The notes below the pieces were generated by a model. That model worked only from the letters and a program-made list of their open reading frames with translations. It did no database searches and was not told the DNA's origin. Shown piece by piece: positions 1 to 10,265 of a DNA stretch of 64,000 nt (positions within the stretch are counted from its first letter, which is position 1; each line of letters starts with the position of its first letter). A program made the translations under genes and the position numbers. Where the stretch lies: contig OZ244744.1 in assembly GCA_965219455.1 (NCBI GenBank), positions 1,312,001-1,376,000 of the forward strand, read 5' to 3'. This DNA comes from Candidatus Latescibacterota bacterium. GTDB lineage: Bacteria > Latescibacterota > UBA2968 > GCA-2709665.

Positions 1-541
1 CCGTCTCGAACGTCATCTTATGTACAAGAATAGTGGAGAGATTCGTAGCACCGGGATCCGATGGAATAATGCCGTCATACCGGAGGTCAACAGTCGCATT
101 CGTCGCACCCCCTAATAGACGACCTGTCTTCAATTCGGGAGCGCCTGCGGAAAAGTGCGTTTCCGGTGTTGTGACAAATAGAGAGACCTGCTGAAGACCG
201 TCAGGGTCGCTGAGTTCCAGTTGGATAGGGACGCTTGTTGCACCTGTCCGATATGAACGCGACGAAAGGATCTGGCACGTTGGCAAATCCAGCACATATT
301 CCTGATACGTTGAACTATCGGAATTGAAATGGGGGTGTACGGCCAAATGCCCGGCGCTGAACTCGGATAACCTGGTTCGTCCACGACCATAAGACATGAT
401 GTAGGCATCATTGTTGAAATTGTGCCACAATCCGAAAGCGTGTCCCAGTTCGTGGGCTGCTCTGGCAACGAAATTCGGGTCGATATATTGCCTCAACATC
501 GCCCATCCACTATTTCTTGACGTTTGCAAACCAAGCCCTAA
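1..541 (-). pseudogene. Downstream part of an IS-interrupted secreted metzincin-type zinc peptidase (paralog of 14726-16975 and 17526-20030); runs off the window edge
   Basis: Translating the minus strand from 541 gives LGLGLQTSRNSGWAM...AAHELGHAFGLWHNFNNDAYIMSY, with an HExxHxxGxxH motif and Met-turn. It is in frame with 2223-2718 once the IS and one CTAA copy are removed. Confidence 0.85.
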
Positions 542-2222
542 CCTGACTAATTCATGAAACTGAACGGAACAGTGTTTTTGGAAGTAGAAAGTGATCTGTA
601 GAAGGGAAAATAGTCGAATGACGTGTTGGTGACGCGATGATGAGTAATTTTGGGTGTGCCGTCAGCATTGAGGGGTGTCGAGTGCTTTGATTTGTGGTTG
701 GAAAGGACAGACGGATGCCTTGGTCTTACTTCGTGGCGATGAGAAAGGGATGGATCGGCCGGCGTGAAACGGCGTTATGGATATGCCTTTGCCAAATTAC
801 AGAGGATGGTGTCATAGAGGTGTTTCAAGGGAAATGAGGTTGGCAAATGGAGTTTGATTTTGGTTTTGAGTTCGGACACTCTCCCGGCGACTTTGAGAAT
901 GCGATTCTGAATGGTATTAAACTGGGCGTGCGTCCATTGGGTAGCCCGGAGTCCTTTTTCGGTAAGGGTCTGCATCAAGACATAAGCGGCACTATGCAGG
1001 AAGAGACGGAAGTGATTGGCTTCGAAGGTGTGACAGGAGGTACGATCGGAATGGAGAAAGGTTTTGTGATTCTTGATGAAGTTTTCCATCCTGCCGCGCG
1101 CGCAATAGACGGTTTTGTAGATGAATGAGGGCTGGCTACTTTTCAGGTTGGTGACGACAAAGCGTGTATTGGCTTGTCCGGAAGCGGTGATTTCAGCTTT
1201 GTAGATGATGCGCCTTGGCACGGCCCAGGTATGGGCTTGGTAAGCGAAACAGGTAAATAACTGCACGGGCTGTCCGGTTTCCCGATACTGGGCCTTTGCC
1301 TGCTCGATCAACGCGTGTCCCCGTTGTGCAAGCCTGGCATTGCCCGTCTGTCCCAGCACAAAATACACGTCTTGCTCGTCGCAAAAGTCGTGGACCTCAG
1401 GACAGGAAAAATGGCCATCGCCACGCAAAAAGATACGCACGTCCGGCCACGCCTCACGAAGGATTTTCACCAGTCGCTTAAGAATGCTGACAATCTGTTT
1501 GCCGGTAGGACGGGCGCCCGGACGCAGCAGCGTCGTGATCAGTCTTCCTGTCCGGCCTTCATAAATGTGCAAGGGACAGTAACAGCGTTCATCGTAATAG
1601 CCATTGAACAACGACAACTGTTGCTTGCCGTGAACCTCGTCATCGGTGTCATCGATATCCAGAACGACCGCGTCGGGAGGCCTATCGTAGGACGCGATAA
1701 ATCCGTCCACAAGGGCCTCGGCAATACGATATAAGTCCCTGCGACGAATCCCGTTTTCCAATCGACTCATCGTGGGTTGGCTGGCCAACGGCGCCCCTGA
1801 TATCGGCAACCGATCACAGGCCGCCTTGAACGCAGGGTCCTCGCGCAACACATTGCAATCGTTCGCGTCTTCATACGCGCACGCGATCTGAAAGACACGC
1901 TGGCTGATCAGGTCCACCATCGTGTGATCCACATAACTTGGATGCCGACGGTCCGTTAACGCCTCGACGATCCGAGACAGGATGCCGATTCTGGACGCCA
2001 CCTCACGAAGCAGCATCAACCCGATATCGCTGGTGAGCACACCGCCATCGAAGACGGCTTCCACCTGCTTGCCCGAAACACTTGCGAAAGGAAGTGCGAG
2101 TTGACTATCTTGAACTTCCACGGTAGTTTCCTCCCGGTTCATTGTTGTATGGTTATCGGTCTAACCATAATATAATACAATGACTTGGGTAAGGAAACTA
2201 CCTTTTTTATGAATTATTCGGG
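542..2222 (-). mobile_element. IS1380-family insertion sequence
   Basis: Terminal inverted repeats CCTGACTAATTCATGAAA (542-559) and CCCGAATAATTCATAAAA (reverse complement, ending 2222). Target duplication CTAA at 538-541 and 2223-2226. Encodes a transposase. Confidence 0.93.
775..2142 (-). CDS. IS1380-family DDE transposase
   Basis: 455 aa. Motifs FDGGVLTSD, YEDANDC, LASQPTMSRLE, VLDIDDTDD, RGDGHF and RGRMENFIK are typical of IS1380 transposases. Confidence 0.95.
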   Translation of the reverse strand: MNREETTVEVQDSQLALPFASVSGKQVEAVFDGGVLTSDIGLMLLREVASRIGILSRIVEALTDRRHPSYVDHTMVDLISQRVFQIACAYEDANDCNVLREDPAFKAACDRLPISGAPLASQPTMSRLENGIRRRDLYRIAEALVDGFIASYDRPPDAVVLDIDDTDDEVHGKQQLSLFNGYYDERCYCPLHIYEGRTGRLITTLLRPGARPTGKQIVSILKRLVKILREAWPDVRIFLRGDGHFSCPEVHDFCDEQDVYFVLGQTGNARLAQRGHALIEQAKAQYRETGQPVQLFTCFAYQAHTWAVPRRIIYKAEITASGQANTRFVVTNLKSSQPSFIYKTVYCARGRMENFIKNHKTFLHSDRTSCHTFEANHFRLFLHSAAYVLMQTLTEKGLRATQWTHAQFNTIQNRILKVAGRVSELKTKIKLHLPTSFPLKHLYDTILCNLAKAYP

Positions 2223-2718
2223 CTAATACATTTCGAAGTTGAATGTCTTCCTCGTTGCCCAGGACGATGAAGTAAATATTTGATTCGAGATCATATCCAT
2301 ATTCCCATCTAATTCTCTGAAGCGCACGCGCATAGTCGTAATTACCTCCGGTACCATATACGACATGAACCATGGGTTCACCTGGTGCATCTGTTTCATA
2401 ATTGAAGGTTCTTTCTCCGAACCCGTGCGCGCTTATCTGGTCTTCATAAATGCGCTGTACTTCCCGAATGGTTGTCTTCATCTTATCGACCACTTCTTGC
2501 CTGAACCCCTGCGGGTCGGACACGAAGTAGATCATCCTTACGGTGCGCGGCTCTCCCGCATCCAGGAGGGCCGGCTTGGCCGCTGCAGGTTGAGTTTGGC
2601 GATAGTGCTCAAGTTTCGCCAAATCGACCGGGACGCAAAAATGACTACTATCCTCCGCAGCATCGCTCACTGACGAGATCAGCAGGCATAAGGACAGGTT
2701 AAATATGAACTTTTTCAT
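2223..2718 (-). pseudogene. N-terminal part of the IS-interrupted secreted metzincin-family gene
   Basis: RBS GGAGG, then ATG at 2718. Signal peptide MKKFIFNLSLCLLISSVSDA. The motif GEPRTVRMIYF is shared with both intact paralogs. Confidence 0.85.
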
Positions 2719-3092
2719 GATTTGGCCTCCTGACGGTGGATTTATATTCCTTCCCGCCGCAATGAATCGTACCCTGTCCACTGACACGTCAATTCCTCCA
2801 TCGGTGCCAGACGCCCCGGCACTTTCCCATATCAAACACCCGGCTTCAACCCCTTGTTGGAAGTTTGTCTGATGACACATTTGTACTTATATTGTGAAAT
2901 ATAAGGAATTTCTGTGAACTTCTAGTGATCGTAGGACCAATGGAGATGATCTTTTGGTGTGCAATCGCCAATGGCGTTAAAAATCTCCGAAAAAGTAAGG
3001 ATGCCGGTCGATAAATAACCGGTTTCTTCACGTTGCCGGAATTCTGACGACGGCGAAGACTAGTGCGCCTGACGCCCGGTGTGGAGGGAAAA

Positions 3093-5469
3093 ATGGAACG
3101 AGCCGAAGCGTTGGAACGAGAGGTAAAGACGCTGCGGGAGCGGCTGTCGCGGCTGAGCGATGCGAGCCTCCGCATCAACGAGAGTCTCGACTTCGAGACT
3201 GTGTTACAAGGGGTCCTGGACAGCGCGCGTGTGCTGACCGGCTCGCGTTACGGCGTGATGACGCTCAGTGACGTAACGGGACAGCCGCGGGACTGCGTGG
3301 CATCCGGAATGACACCCGAGCAGAGCAGGCAGTTCTGGAAAATGCCGAACGGCCTGTAGTTCTTCGCGGCAATGCAGAAAATTAAGGAACCGCTGCGGCT
3401 GCGCGACTTCCACAGCCATACCCGGGAGATGGGCCTTCCCGCGTTCCGCCCGCCGATACCGGTAGGCGATGTTCTTACCTTTCTGGCGGCGCCGGTCCGG
3501 CACAGAGGGGAATCCGTCGGCAACATCTATCTCGCCGAGAAGGAGGGTGGCTGTGCGTTCACACAGGAAGACGAAGAAACGCTGGTGATGTTTGCGTCAC
3601 AGGCCGCATTGGTCATCGCCAACGCGCGGCGCTACAGGGACGAAAAAAAAGCCAAGGCCGATCTCGAGGCCCTGATCAACACGTCGCCGGTTGGCGTTGC
3701 TGTCTTCGACGTCAGTACCGGAAAGGCGGTATCGTTCAACCGCGAGGCCGTGAGAATTTTCGAGAATCTGCGGACCGGGGATCATCCTCCTGAGGAACTC
3801 CTGGAAGTTCTCACTTTCCGCAGGGCCGACGGGCGGAACGTCTCACTCCGAGACGTCTCACTGGCCCAGGCTCTCAGCACCGGCGAGACGATCCGCGCCG
3901 AGGAAGTCGTCTTCGAGGTTCCCGACGGCCGTATGATACGCGCCCTCATCAACGCCACCCCGATACACGCGGATGACGGCAGGGTCGCGTCCTTCGTCGT
4001 CACGCTGCAGGACATGACCCACCTCGAGGAATTGGAGCGGATGCGGGCGGGGTTCCTGGCCATGGTAAGCCACGAGTTGCGGGCGCCGCTGGCTGCCATC
4101 AAGGGTTCCTCCACAACGGTACTGGGCGACGCCGTCTCCCTGGGCACCTCGGAAATGGTCCAGTTCTTCCGCATTATAGACCAGCAGGCCGACCATATGG
4201 GCGTCCTGATCAACGACCTGCTGGACGTGGCGCGCATCCAGGCAGGCACCCTGACGATCAATTCCGAAGCGATGGCGGTTATCACACTGGTGGAGCAGGC
4301 CCGGAATACCATTCTGAGCGGGTGGGGCAGAAACAACATTCACATTGAACTGGCGCCCGCCCTTTCCCCTGTGATGGCGGACCGCCGGCGCATCGTCCAG
4401 GTACTCGACAATCTCCTTTCGAACGCGGCCCGGCACTCGCCCGATGAGTCGCCTATCGTCGTGACCGCCGTACAGGAAGGGGTCCACGTCGTGTTCTCAG
4501 TAACCGATAAGGGTCGTGGGGTGGCTCCCGATCGGCCTGCCGCATCTTTTTCAGAAGCCCTCCGAGGTCGACGCGAATGGCGCGGACGATACGGGTTCAG
4601 GCCTGGGTCTGGCCATCTGCAAGGGCATCGTGGAAGCCCATGGCGGCAGAATTTGGGCAGAGAGTCAGGGAGTGGGCCTGGGAACACGGGTCACGTTCAC
4701 GATTCCGATTGCCGAGGATGCCGGGCATGTCGCACCCGCCGGACCTACCGTCTCTCACGCGCAGAAGAAGGGGCGAAACCGAACACGAATCCTGGTCGTA
4801 GACGATGACCCGCAGACGCTGCGCAACTTGCGGGAGGCACTCTCGAAATCGGGTTATGTTCCGGTCGTGACCGGCGATCCGCACGAAGTGCCGACCCTTA
4901 TTGAGGAGCACCGTCCCCAGCTCGTATTGATGGACCTGGTTCTGCCGGGTATCGACGGAATTGAGGTGATGAAGCGCATCCTGGAAGACACGGTCATCCC
5001 GATCATTTTCCTTTCCGCCTACGGTCACGAGGAAGCGATCGCCCGGGCCTTCGACGCCGGGGCCGACGATTACGTCATCAAGCCGTTCTCGCCGACGGAA
5101 CTCACGGCCAGGATCAGGGCCGCCCTCCGAAAGCGGCCTGCGCAAGCTTCGCCCGCGCCGTTAACGCCTTTTGTGCTGGGGAATTTGACCATCGACTACG
5201 CCGCGCGCAAGGTGGCCGTTGAGGGACACACCGTACGGATGACCGACATCGAGTACCGGCTGCTGGTGGAACTTTCGATCAACGCTGGCCGGATATTGAC
5301 ATACAATTATCTTCTGGAACGGATATGGCTGGCCTGGGGATCCACCGATAACCGGCGATTACGCTCGGCCGTGAAGAACATCCGCCGCAAACTCCACGAC
5401 GAGGCGAGCAACCCCACCTACATCTTCAACGAGCCTCGCGTCGGCTATCGTTTGGGAATGCCTGAGTAA
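3093..5469 (+). pseudogene. Hybrid GAF-PAS-HisKA-HATPase-REC-winged helix sensor kinase/response regulator, disrupted
   Basis: H-box SHELRAPL, N-box QVLDNLLSNA, G2-box GSGLGLAICK, receiver ILVVDDD...GADDYVIKPF, OmpR-type C-terminus EPRVGYRL. In-frame TAG at 3357-3359 and an extra C near 4536 split the ORF into three pieces. Confidence 0.85.
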
Positions 5470-5899
5470 ACAGGACTCGCGCCGGTGACGATCGGGCCAA
5501 TGACCGACGCCCGGGTCAGGCGAATTCAGCCCGACAGGCACGCACGATTCGTCCGCAGTGTAATTCATCAGCAAAGTCTGCTTGACGGGATCTCAAGAAT
5601 CCGCATTTCTTTCGTCTTCCGTACGTGGACTTTCGCTCTGTGCGTAGGGGTTCGATACGGGTTTCCCGATTGCTTTATGCGGATCTCCGTTTCAACGGGA
5701 TTGTACCGAACAACGCCATCGTGACGAGGGCCGTGACGTCCAATCGCTACTGGCGCGAGGTGAGGTCGGAAGGCCTGGACCAGGCCATGGTGGATGCGGA
5801 GGCAGACGCCGGCAAGATGCTGAATGCGGGAAGGACCAAAGCCGCCTGAAGACGGCTGTCAACAGGACTGTAGAGACAGGAGGATGGGGGACCGGGCAA

Positions 5900-5924
5900 G
5901 GGCAACCACAAGGGTTGCCCGTAC
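5900..5924 (-). repeat. GTAG/GTAC-type REP palindrome
   Basis: GGGCAACCACAAGGGTTGCCCGTAC. Inverted near-copy at 9955-9979 and a variant at 17398-17422. Confidence 0.75.
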
Positions 5925-6014
5925 AACGGGTGTGGTTTGGATAGAGAAACCAAAACAGGCTGGCTTCGGGAGTACTGGCACAAACGATCCGAATTCGCGA
6001 TGGCCCCGCCGGTT

Positions 6015-8177
6015 TCACTCGGCTGGCGCCACTGAGTCTCCCGTCCCCGCCCGGATGCGTTGGGGCAGCGAGGTGTACCGGTCGGCCACGCGGTTGTTCT
6101 TGATGGCGATCGCCAGGGCTTTCCGCGTACCGACGATGACGACCAGGTCCCGGGCTCTTGTCACGGCCGTGTAGAGCAGATTTCGCTGGAGCATCATATA
6201 ATGCTGGGTGGTCAGCGGCAGTACGACCACGGGATACTCCGACCCCTGGCTCTTGTGCACGCTGGTGGCGTAGGCAGGCACGATCTCATCCAGTTCGGTG
6301 AATTCGTACCCCACGGTCCGCTCCGGGTACCGCACCGCCAGGGCCTGGTTCGTCGAATCGATCCCCGCGACCCGTCCGATATCCCCGTTGAACACGTCCC
6401 TGTCGTAATTGTTGCGCACCTGCATCACCTTGTCCCCCACCCGGAACCGCACGCCGCCGCGCTGCAGTTCCTGCCCGTTCGGATTGAGCCGCTCCTGGAG
6501 CACCCGGTTCAGGTTCGTCGCGCCGGTCTCGCCTCGATACATCGGCGCCATCACCTGAATATCGTCAATCGCATCCACGCCGTAGGCGCGAGGGAGCCGG
6601 TCCTTGCAAAGCCCGCAGACCGTCTCCGCCACCTCCTCCGGATCCTCCACCTGCGAGAAAAAGAAATCCGAACCCCGGCTGTTATCCAATTCCGGAAGTT
6701 CGCCGGCCAGGATCCGGTGTGCGTTCATCACAATCCGGCTTTCCCGCGCCTGCCGGAAAATCTCGGTCAGCGCCACGACAGCCGCCTCCCCGGAGCCGAT
6801 GATATCCTTCAATACATTCCCCGGCCCCACCGAAGGCAGCTGGTCCACGTCCCCCACCAGAACCACCGTAGCGCTCAGCGGTACCGCCTGCAGGAGACTG
6901 TTCATCAATGCCACGTCCACCATCGAGACTTCGTCCACGATGATCGCATCGCACGTCAGAGGGTTATCGAAGTTCATATCGAATTTCAACTCGCCCGGGC
7001 TGAACTTGAGCAGCCTGTGGATGGTTTTGGCGTCCCGCCCCGTGGCTTCCGCCATCCGTTTTGCCGCCCGTCCGGTGGGCGCAGCCAGCAACACGCCTTT
7101 GTCCCGCGCCTCGAAGAGGGCGATCAAGCCCCTGATGGTCGTGGTCTTGCCAGTCCCGGGGCCACCGGTAAGCACGAGCAGGCTGTGGGAAAGGGCCTTC
7201 TCCAGCGCAACCTTCTGCAGAGAGGCGAACCGGATCCCGTCGCGTTTCTCGATCGCCGCGATCTCCGCATCGATATTGCGCGTTTCAACGCGCCGGATGC
7301 TGGAGAACTGATGCACCCGCGTCGCCACGCCCTTTTCGGCATAGTAAAGAGATGGAATGTAGATCCGGTCCTCCTCGACAACCACCTCCTCGGTTTCGCG
7401 TAGCAGGTCGATACACGGGGCGATCAATTCGTGCGACACTTCAAGCGTCTCCGCGCACCGGTCCATCAACTCCATCACCGGCAGATAGACGTGCCCGTCG
7501 GACTGCGCCGCGGTCTCCAGCACATAGCGGATACCCGCGAGGACCCGTTGCTCCGAGTGGGGTTCCACGCCCAGTTTCTGAGCGATCCGGTCGGCGGTGG
7601 CGAAACCGATACCCCAGACGTCGCGGGACAGGCGGTACGGATTCTCCTGAATCAGTGAAACCGAGTCCTGCCCGTATTGCTTCCAGATCTTCACGGCGTG
7701 CCCCGTGCCCACGTCGTGCGACTGCAGAAACAGCATCACGTTGTGGATCTCGCGCTGCTCCTTCCAGGCATCCTCGATCATCCTGGCGCGCTTTCTGCCC
7801 AGCCCCTCCACCTCCACCAGCCGCTTCGAGGCCTTCTCGATCACTTCCAGCGTTTTCTTGCCGAAATGATCCACGATTCGTCCGGCCATCACCGGTCCGA
7901 TACCTTTGATCAGCCCCGAGCCCAGGTACTTTCGCATTCCATGCACGGTGGATGGATATACCTTTTCGTATGACTCGATCTTGAACTGGCGGCCGTACCG
8001 GGCGTGGTCCGTCCATTCGCCGTCCAGGGCCACGCACTCCCCCGCGGTCAGCGAAAGCGTTGTGCCCACAACGGTGACCTCCTCACCCGAACCTTCGGGT
8101 TGCAGCTTGGCAACCGTATAGCCGCTTTCTTCACTCTGAAACGTAATCCGCTCCACAATGCCCTGAAGCCGCTCCAT
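6015..8177 (-). CDS. recD2: ATP-dependent RecD-like DNA helicase (RecD2)
   Basis: 720 aa. N-terminal OB/HhH region, Walker A TGGPGTGKTT, APTGRAAKR, IIVDEVSMVD, VGDVDQLPSVGPG, HKSQGSEY, YTAVTRAR. Confidence 0.95.
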   Translation of the reverse strand: MERLQGIVERITFQSEESGYTVAKLQPEGSGEEVTVVGTTLSLTAGECVALDGEWTDHARYGRQFKIESYEKVYPSTVHGMRKYLGSGLIKGIGPVMAGRIVDHFGKKTLEVIEKASKRLVEVEGLGRKRARMIEDAWKEQREIHNVMLFLQSHDVGTGHAVKIWKQYGQDSVSLIQENPYRLSRDVWGIGFATADRIAQKLGVEPHSEQRVLAGIRYVLETAAQSDGHVYLPVMELMDRCAETLEVSHELIAPCIDLLRETEEVVVEEDRIYIPSLYYAEKGVATRVHQFSSIRRVETRNIDAEIAAIEKRDGIRFASLQKVALEKALSHSLLVLTGGPGTGKTTTIRGLIALFEARDKGVLLAAPTGRAAKRMAEATGRDAKTIHRLLKFSPGELKFDMNFDNPLTCDAIIVDEVSMVDVALMNSLLQAVPLSATVVLVGDVDQLPSVGPGNVLKDIIGSGEAAVVALTEIFRQARESRIVMNAHRILAGELPELDNSRGSDFFFSQVEDPEEVAETVCGLCKDRLPRAYGVDAIDDIQVMAPMYRGETGATNLNRVLQERLNPNGQELQRGGVRFRVGDKVMQVRNNYDRDVFNGDIGRVAGIDSTNQALAVRYPERTVGYEFTELDEIVPAYATSVHKSQGSEYPVVVLPLTTQHYMMLQRNLLYTAVTRARDLVVIVGTRKALAIAIKNNRVADRYTSLPQRIRAGTGDSVAPAE

Positions 8178-8254
8178 GGATCCTTCCTCTGAATCTGTCT
8201 GCGTGCGCGGATTGATCGCCGAAAAAACCGGCGCATCGCACCGTCACCGGAATC

Positions 8255-9418
8255 TCACGCCTTGTACACGACCTCACCCCGGACGATCGTCGCCACGATG
8301 GATAGCGCGGGCTGTCCCTCCGCCCAGCGGAACAGCGTCAGGCTCGCGTCCATTCCGGGCGCCACGCGGCCCAGCCTGCCGTCAACGCCCAGCAGCCGCG
8401 CCGGGTTGATGGTTGCCGTCTCCAACGCCTCGGCCAGCGTGGCGTCGGTATAGGCGACCGTATTCGGAATCCCGTAATCCAGAAACAGCGACGCCCCAGC
8501 CAGGTACGGCGTGCCCGCCAGGGAGATCTTCCCGTTCTCGTGTATCTCCACCTCGTCGCTTCCATAGCTCCGGCCGTAAATGCCGGGCGGCAGCCCGGCA
8601 ATGGACGACACGTCGCTGACCAGGCAGATCCGCTCTTTCTGCTTGGTCCTGTAGAAACTCTTCAACACAGGCGGCGGAAGATGGTGACCGTCCGGGATGA
8701 TCCCCGCCCAGAGTTCGTCGGCGGCAAGCTGCTCCCAGATATAGTTATCGTGGCGGGGAATCTCCGCGTGCGCTCCGTTGCCCAGGTGGGTGGACATCCG
8801 CGCGCCGGCCGCCACCGCCTCCCGGATCCGGGCCCGGCTGGCCCCGGTATGCCCCAGGGCGACGATGACGCCCGCGTCCGATGCCTTCTCGATAAAGGCC
8901 AGGGATCCCTTCCGTTCCGGCGCAAGGGTCAGAATCCTGATCCGGCCGCCGGCCGCCTCCTGGTAACGGCAGAACTCATCCCAGTCGGGATCCCGCGTGT
9001 GCACCAGGGGATGCGCCCCTCTGGGACCGTCCTCGGATGCGATATAGGGCCCCTCAACGTGAAAACCCACAAACGACGCATTTGCGGTATCCGACTGCTC
9101 GCATGCCATGGCCAGCGCCCGCAAACCCGAAATCGCCTGTTCCGCAGGGGACGTCGTTACCGTGGGACAGAAAAGCGCCGTACCCGCCCTGTACGGCCAT
9201 TCACTGGCCTGCAGCACCCGCTCCACCGTCAGATCCCCGGAACTGTAGTTGATCCCGCCGGCCCCGTTGACCTGAACGTCGAATAATCCCGGCGAAATCC
9301 ACACGTCATCGCCCCCCAACGCCGGCGCGCCGTCGTCTTCGATGCTTGCGATTCGACCGTCTTCTATCGTTACCGACACGGGCGCTTCCGTACCCACAAT
9401 TTTACCCCGAAGAACCAT
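8255..9418 (-). CDS. nagA: N-acetylglucosamine-6-phosphate deacetylase-like amidohydrolase
   Basis: PGLFDVQVNG, FHVEGPYI, RGAH, TLAPE, LGHT, THLGN, DGHH, LAGAS. Confidence 0.85.
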   Translation of the reverse strand: MVLRGKIVGTEAPVSVTIEDGRIASIEDDGAPALGGDDVWISPGLFDVQVNGAGGINYSSGDLTVERVLQASEWPYRAGTALFCPTVTTSPAEQAISGLRALAMACEQSDTANASFVGFHVEGPYIASEDGPRGAHPLVHTRDPDWDEFCRYQEAAGGRIRILTLAPERKGSLAFIEKASDAGVIVALGHTGASRARIREAVAAGARMSTHLGNGAHAEIPRHDNYIWEQLAADELWAGIIPDGHHLPPPVLKSFYRTKQKERICLVSDVSSIAGLPPGIYGRSYGSDEVEIHENGKISLAGTPYLAGASLFLDYGIPNTVAYTDATLAEALETATINPARLLGVDGRLGRVAPGMDASLTLFRWAEGQPALSIVATIVRGEVVYKA

Positions 9419-9574
9419 TGTTTCTCCTTTGCATGTACTGTCCTGTTTCCGAAATATTCAGCCGCCGGTTCAACCTCCCTCGCTACGTTGTTTACGTTGC
9501 GCTTGTCGGAACGGCCTGTCGAAACCAGTTCGCGATTCGGCGTCCATGAGACTGAATATCCCCCACCCTTTAAC

Positions 9575-10100
9575 GTCCCCTATTTCCTTGCCCTTTTTCT
9601 TGCATCGCCCAAGAAAAAGGGCGAAAAAGAAGGGCGCCGCTCGGCGCGGAGCCGGTTTTTCCGTGAATCGCTTCAGTGGTACAAATGGGAATTGGGTGCC
9701 CTACAAGCCCTCCCGGAACTCCCGGCTTACGGAGATGTACGGAATGACACGGAAAAACCCCCAACTCCACCTCCGGACGGTCGTGTGTATTCCTGGCAAG
9801 GATCCCCGTCTGGATTTGCGTTTGTACCGCTCTTGGCTGACTGCTCTTCTTAGTTTCTTCGTGTCTCTGCGTGAGCCCGGTTTTCCTGGCTTTCCTCCCC
9901 CTTTCCTTTAGGAGAGGGGGCCGGGGGGAGAGGTCTCGCGCCGCGTTTGAGATTGTAGGGGCAACCCTTGTGGTTGCCCGCATTTCGGCGCTGAAGTCAA
10001 TCGCTTTGGATTTTGATTCAAGCTGATGGCTGACAGCCAATGGCTGGTTCTCGGTGTGGACCTCTCCCGTCTACCGTCTTCCCGCTTTCCACGTTCCGCT
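9575..10100. repeat. Mosaic intergenic array of several unrelated short repeat/hairpin types
   Basis: GCCCTTTTTCTTG...CAAGAAAAAGGGC hairpin (~9590-9622); ACGGA iterations (~9728-9755); CCCCC...AGGGGG hairpin (~9895-9935); REP at 9955-9979; GCTGATGGCTGACAGC (~10023-10046); CCGTCT iterations (~10065-10085). Confidence 0.6.
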
Positions 10101-10148
10101 TCCAACTAACGATAACACCCGGCCAACCGATCCGCAATATGTTTTGTC

Positions 10149-10177
10149 TTGACATCACCGAGGGAATTTGGTATACT
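10149..10177 (+). promoter_or_regulatory. sigma70 promoter for the 10266 operon
   Basis: TTGACA-17 bp-TATACT with an extended -10 TG. Confidence 0.75.
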
Positions 10178-10265
10178 CAATATTTGTTCGATCCTGCCTT
10201 TGTATGAGTCATATTAGTCCCGGAAAAACACAAAGTTAACTCACTTTACGTGGAAGGAATCACGA

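Noticed and set aside
3357-3359. Pyrrolysine or amber readthrough at the in-frame TAG
   Set aside because: The same gene also has a frameshift, no pyl genes or tRNA-Pyl are in the window, and other genes here end in TAG normally.
5625-5849. 74-aa ORF downstream of the hybrid kinase
   Set aside because: No RBS or recognisable domain; possibly a gene remnant.
9342-10105. ORFs across repeat-rich intergenic regions (also 13915-14567, 17000-17481, 49553-50095)
   Set aside because: They are translations of hairpin repeats, with no RBS or protein-like composition.
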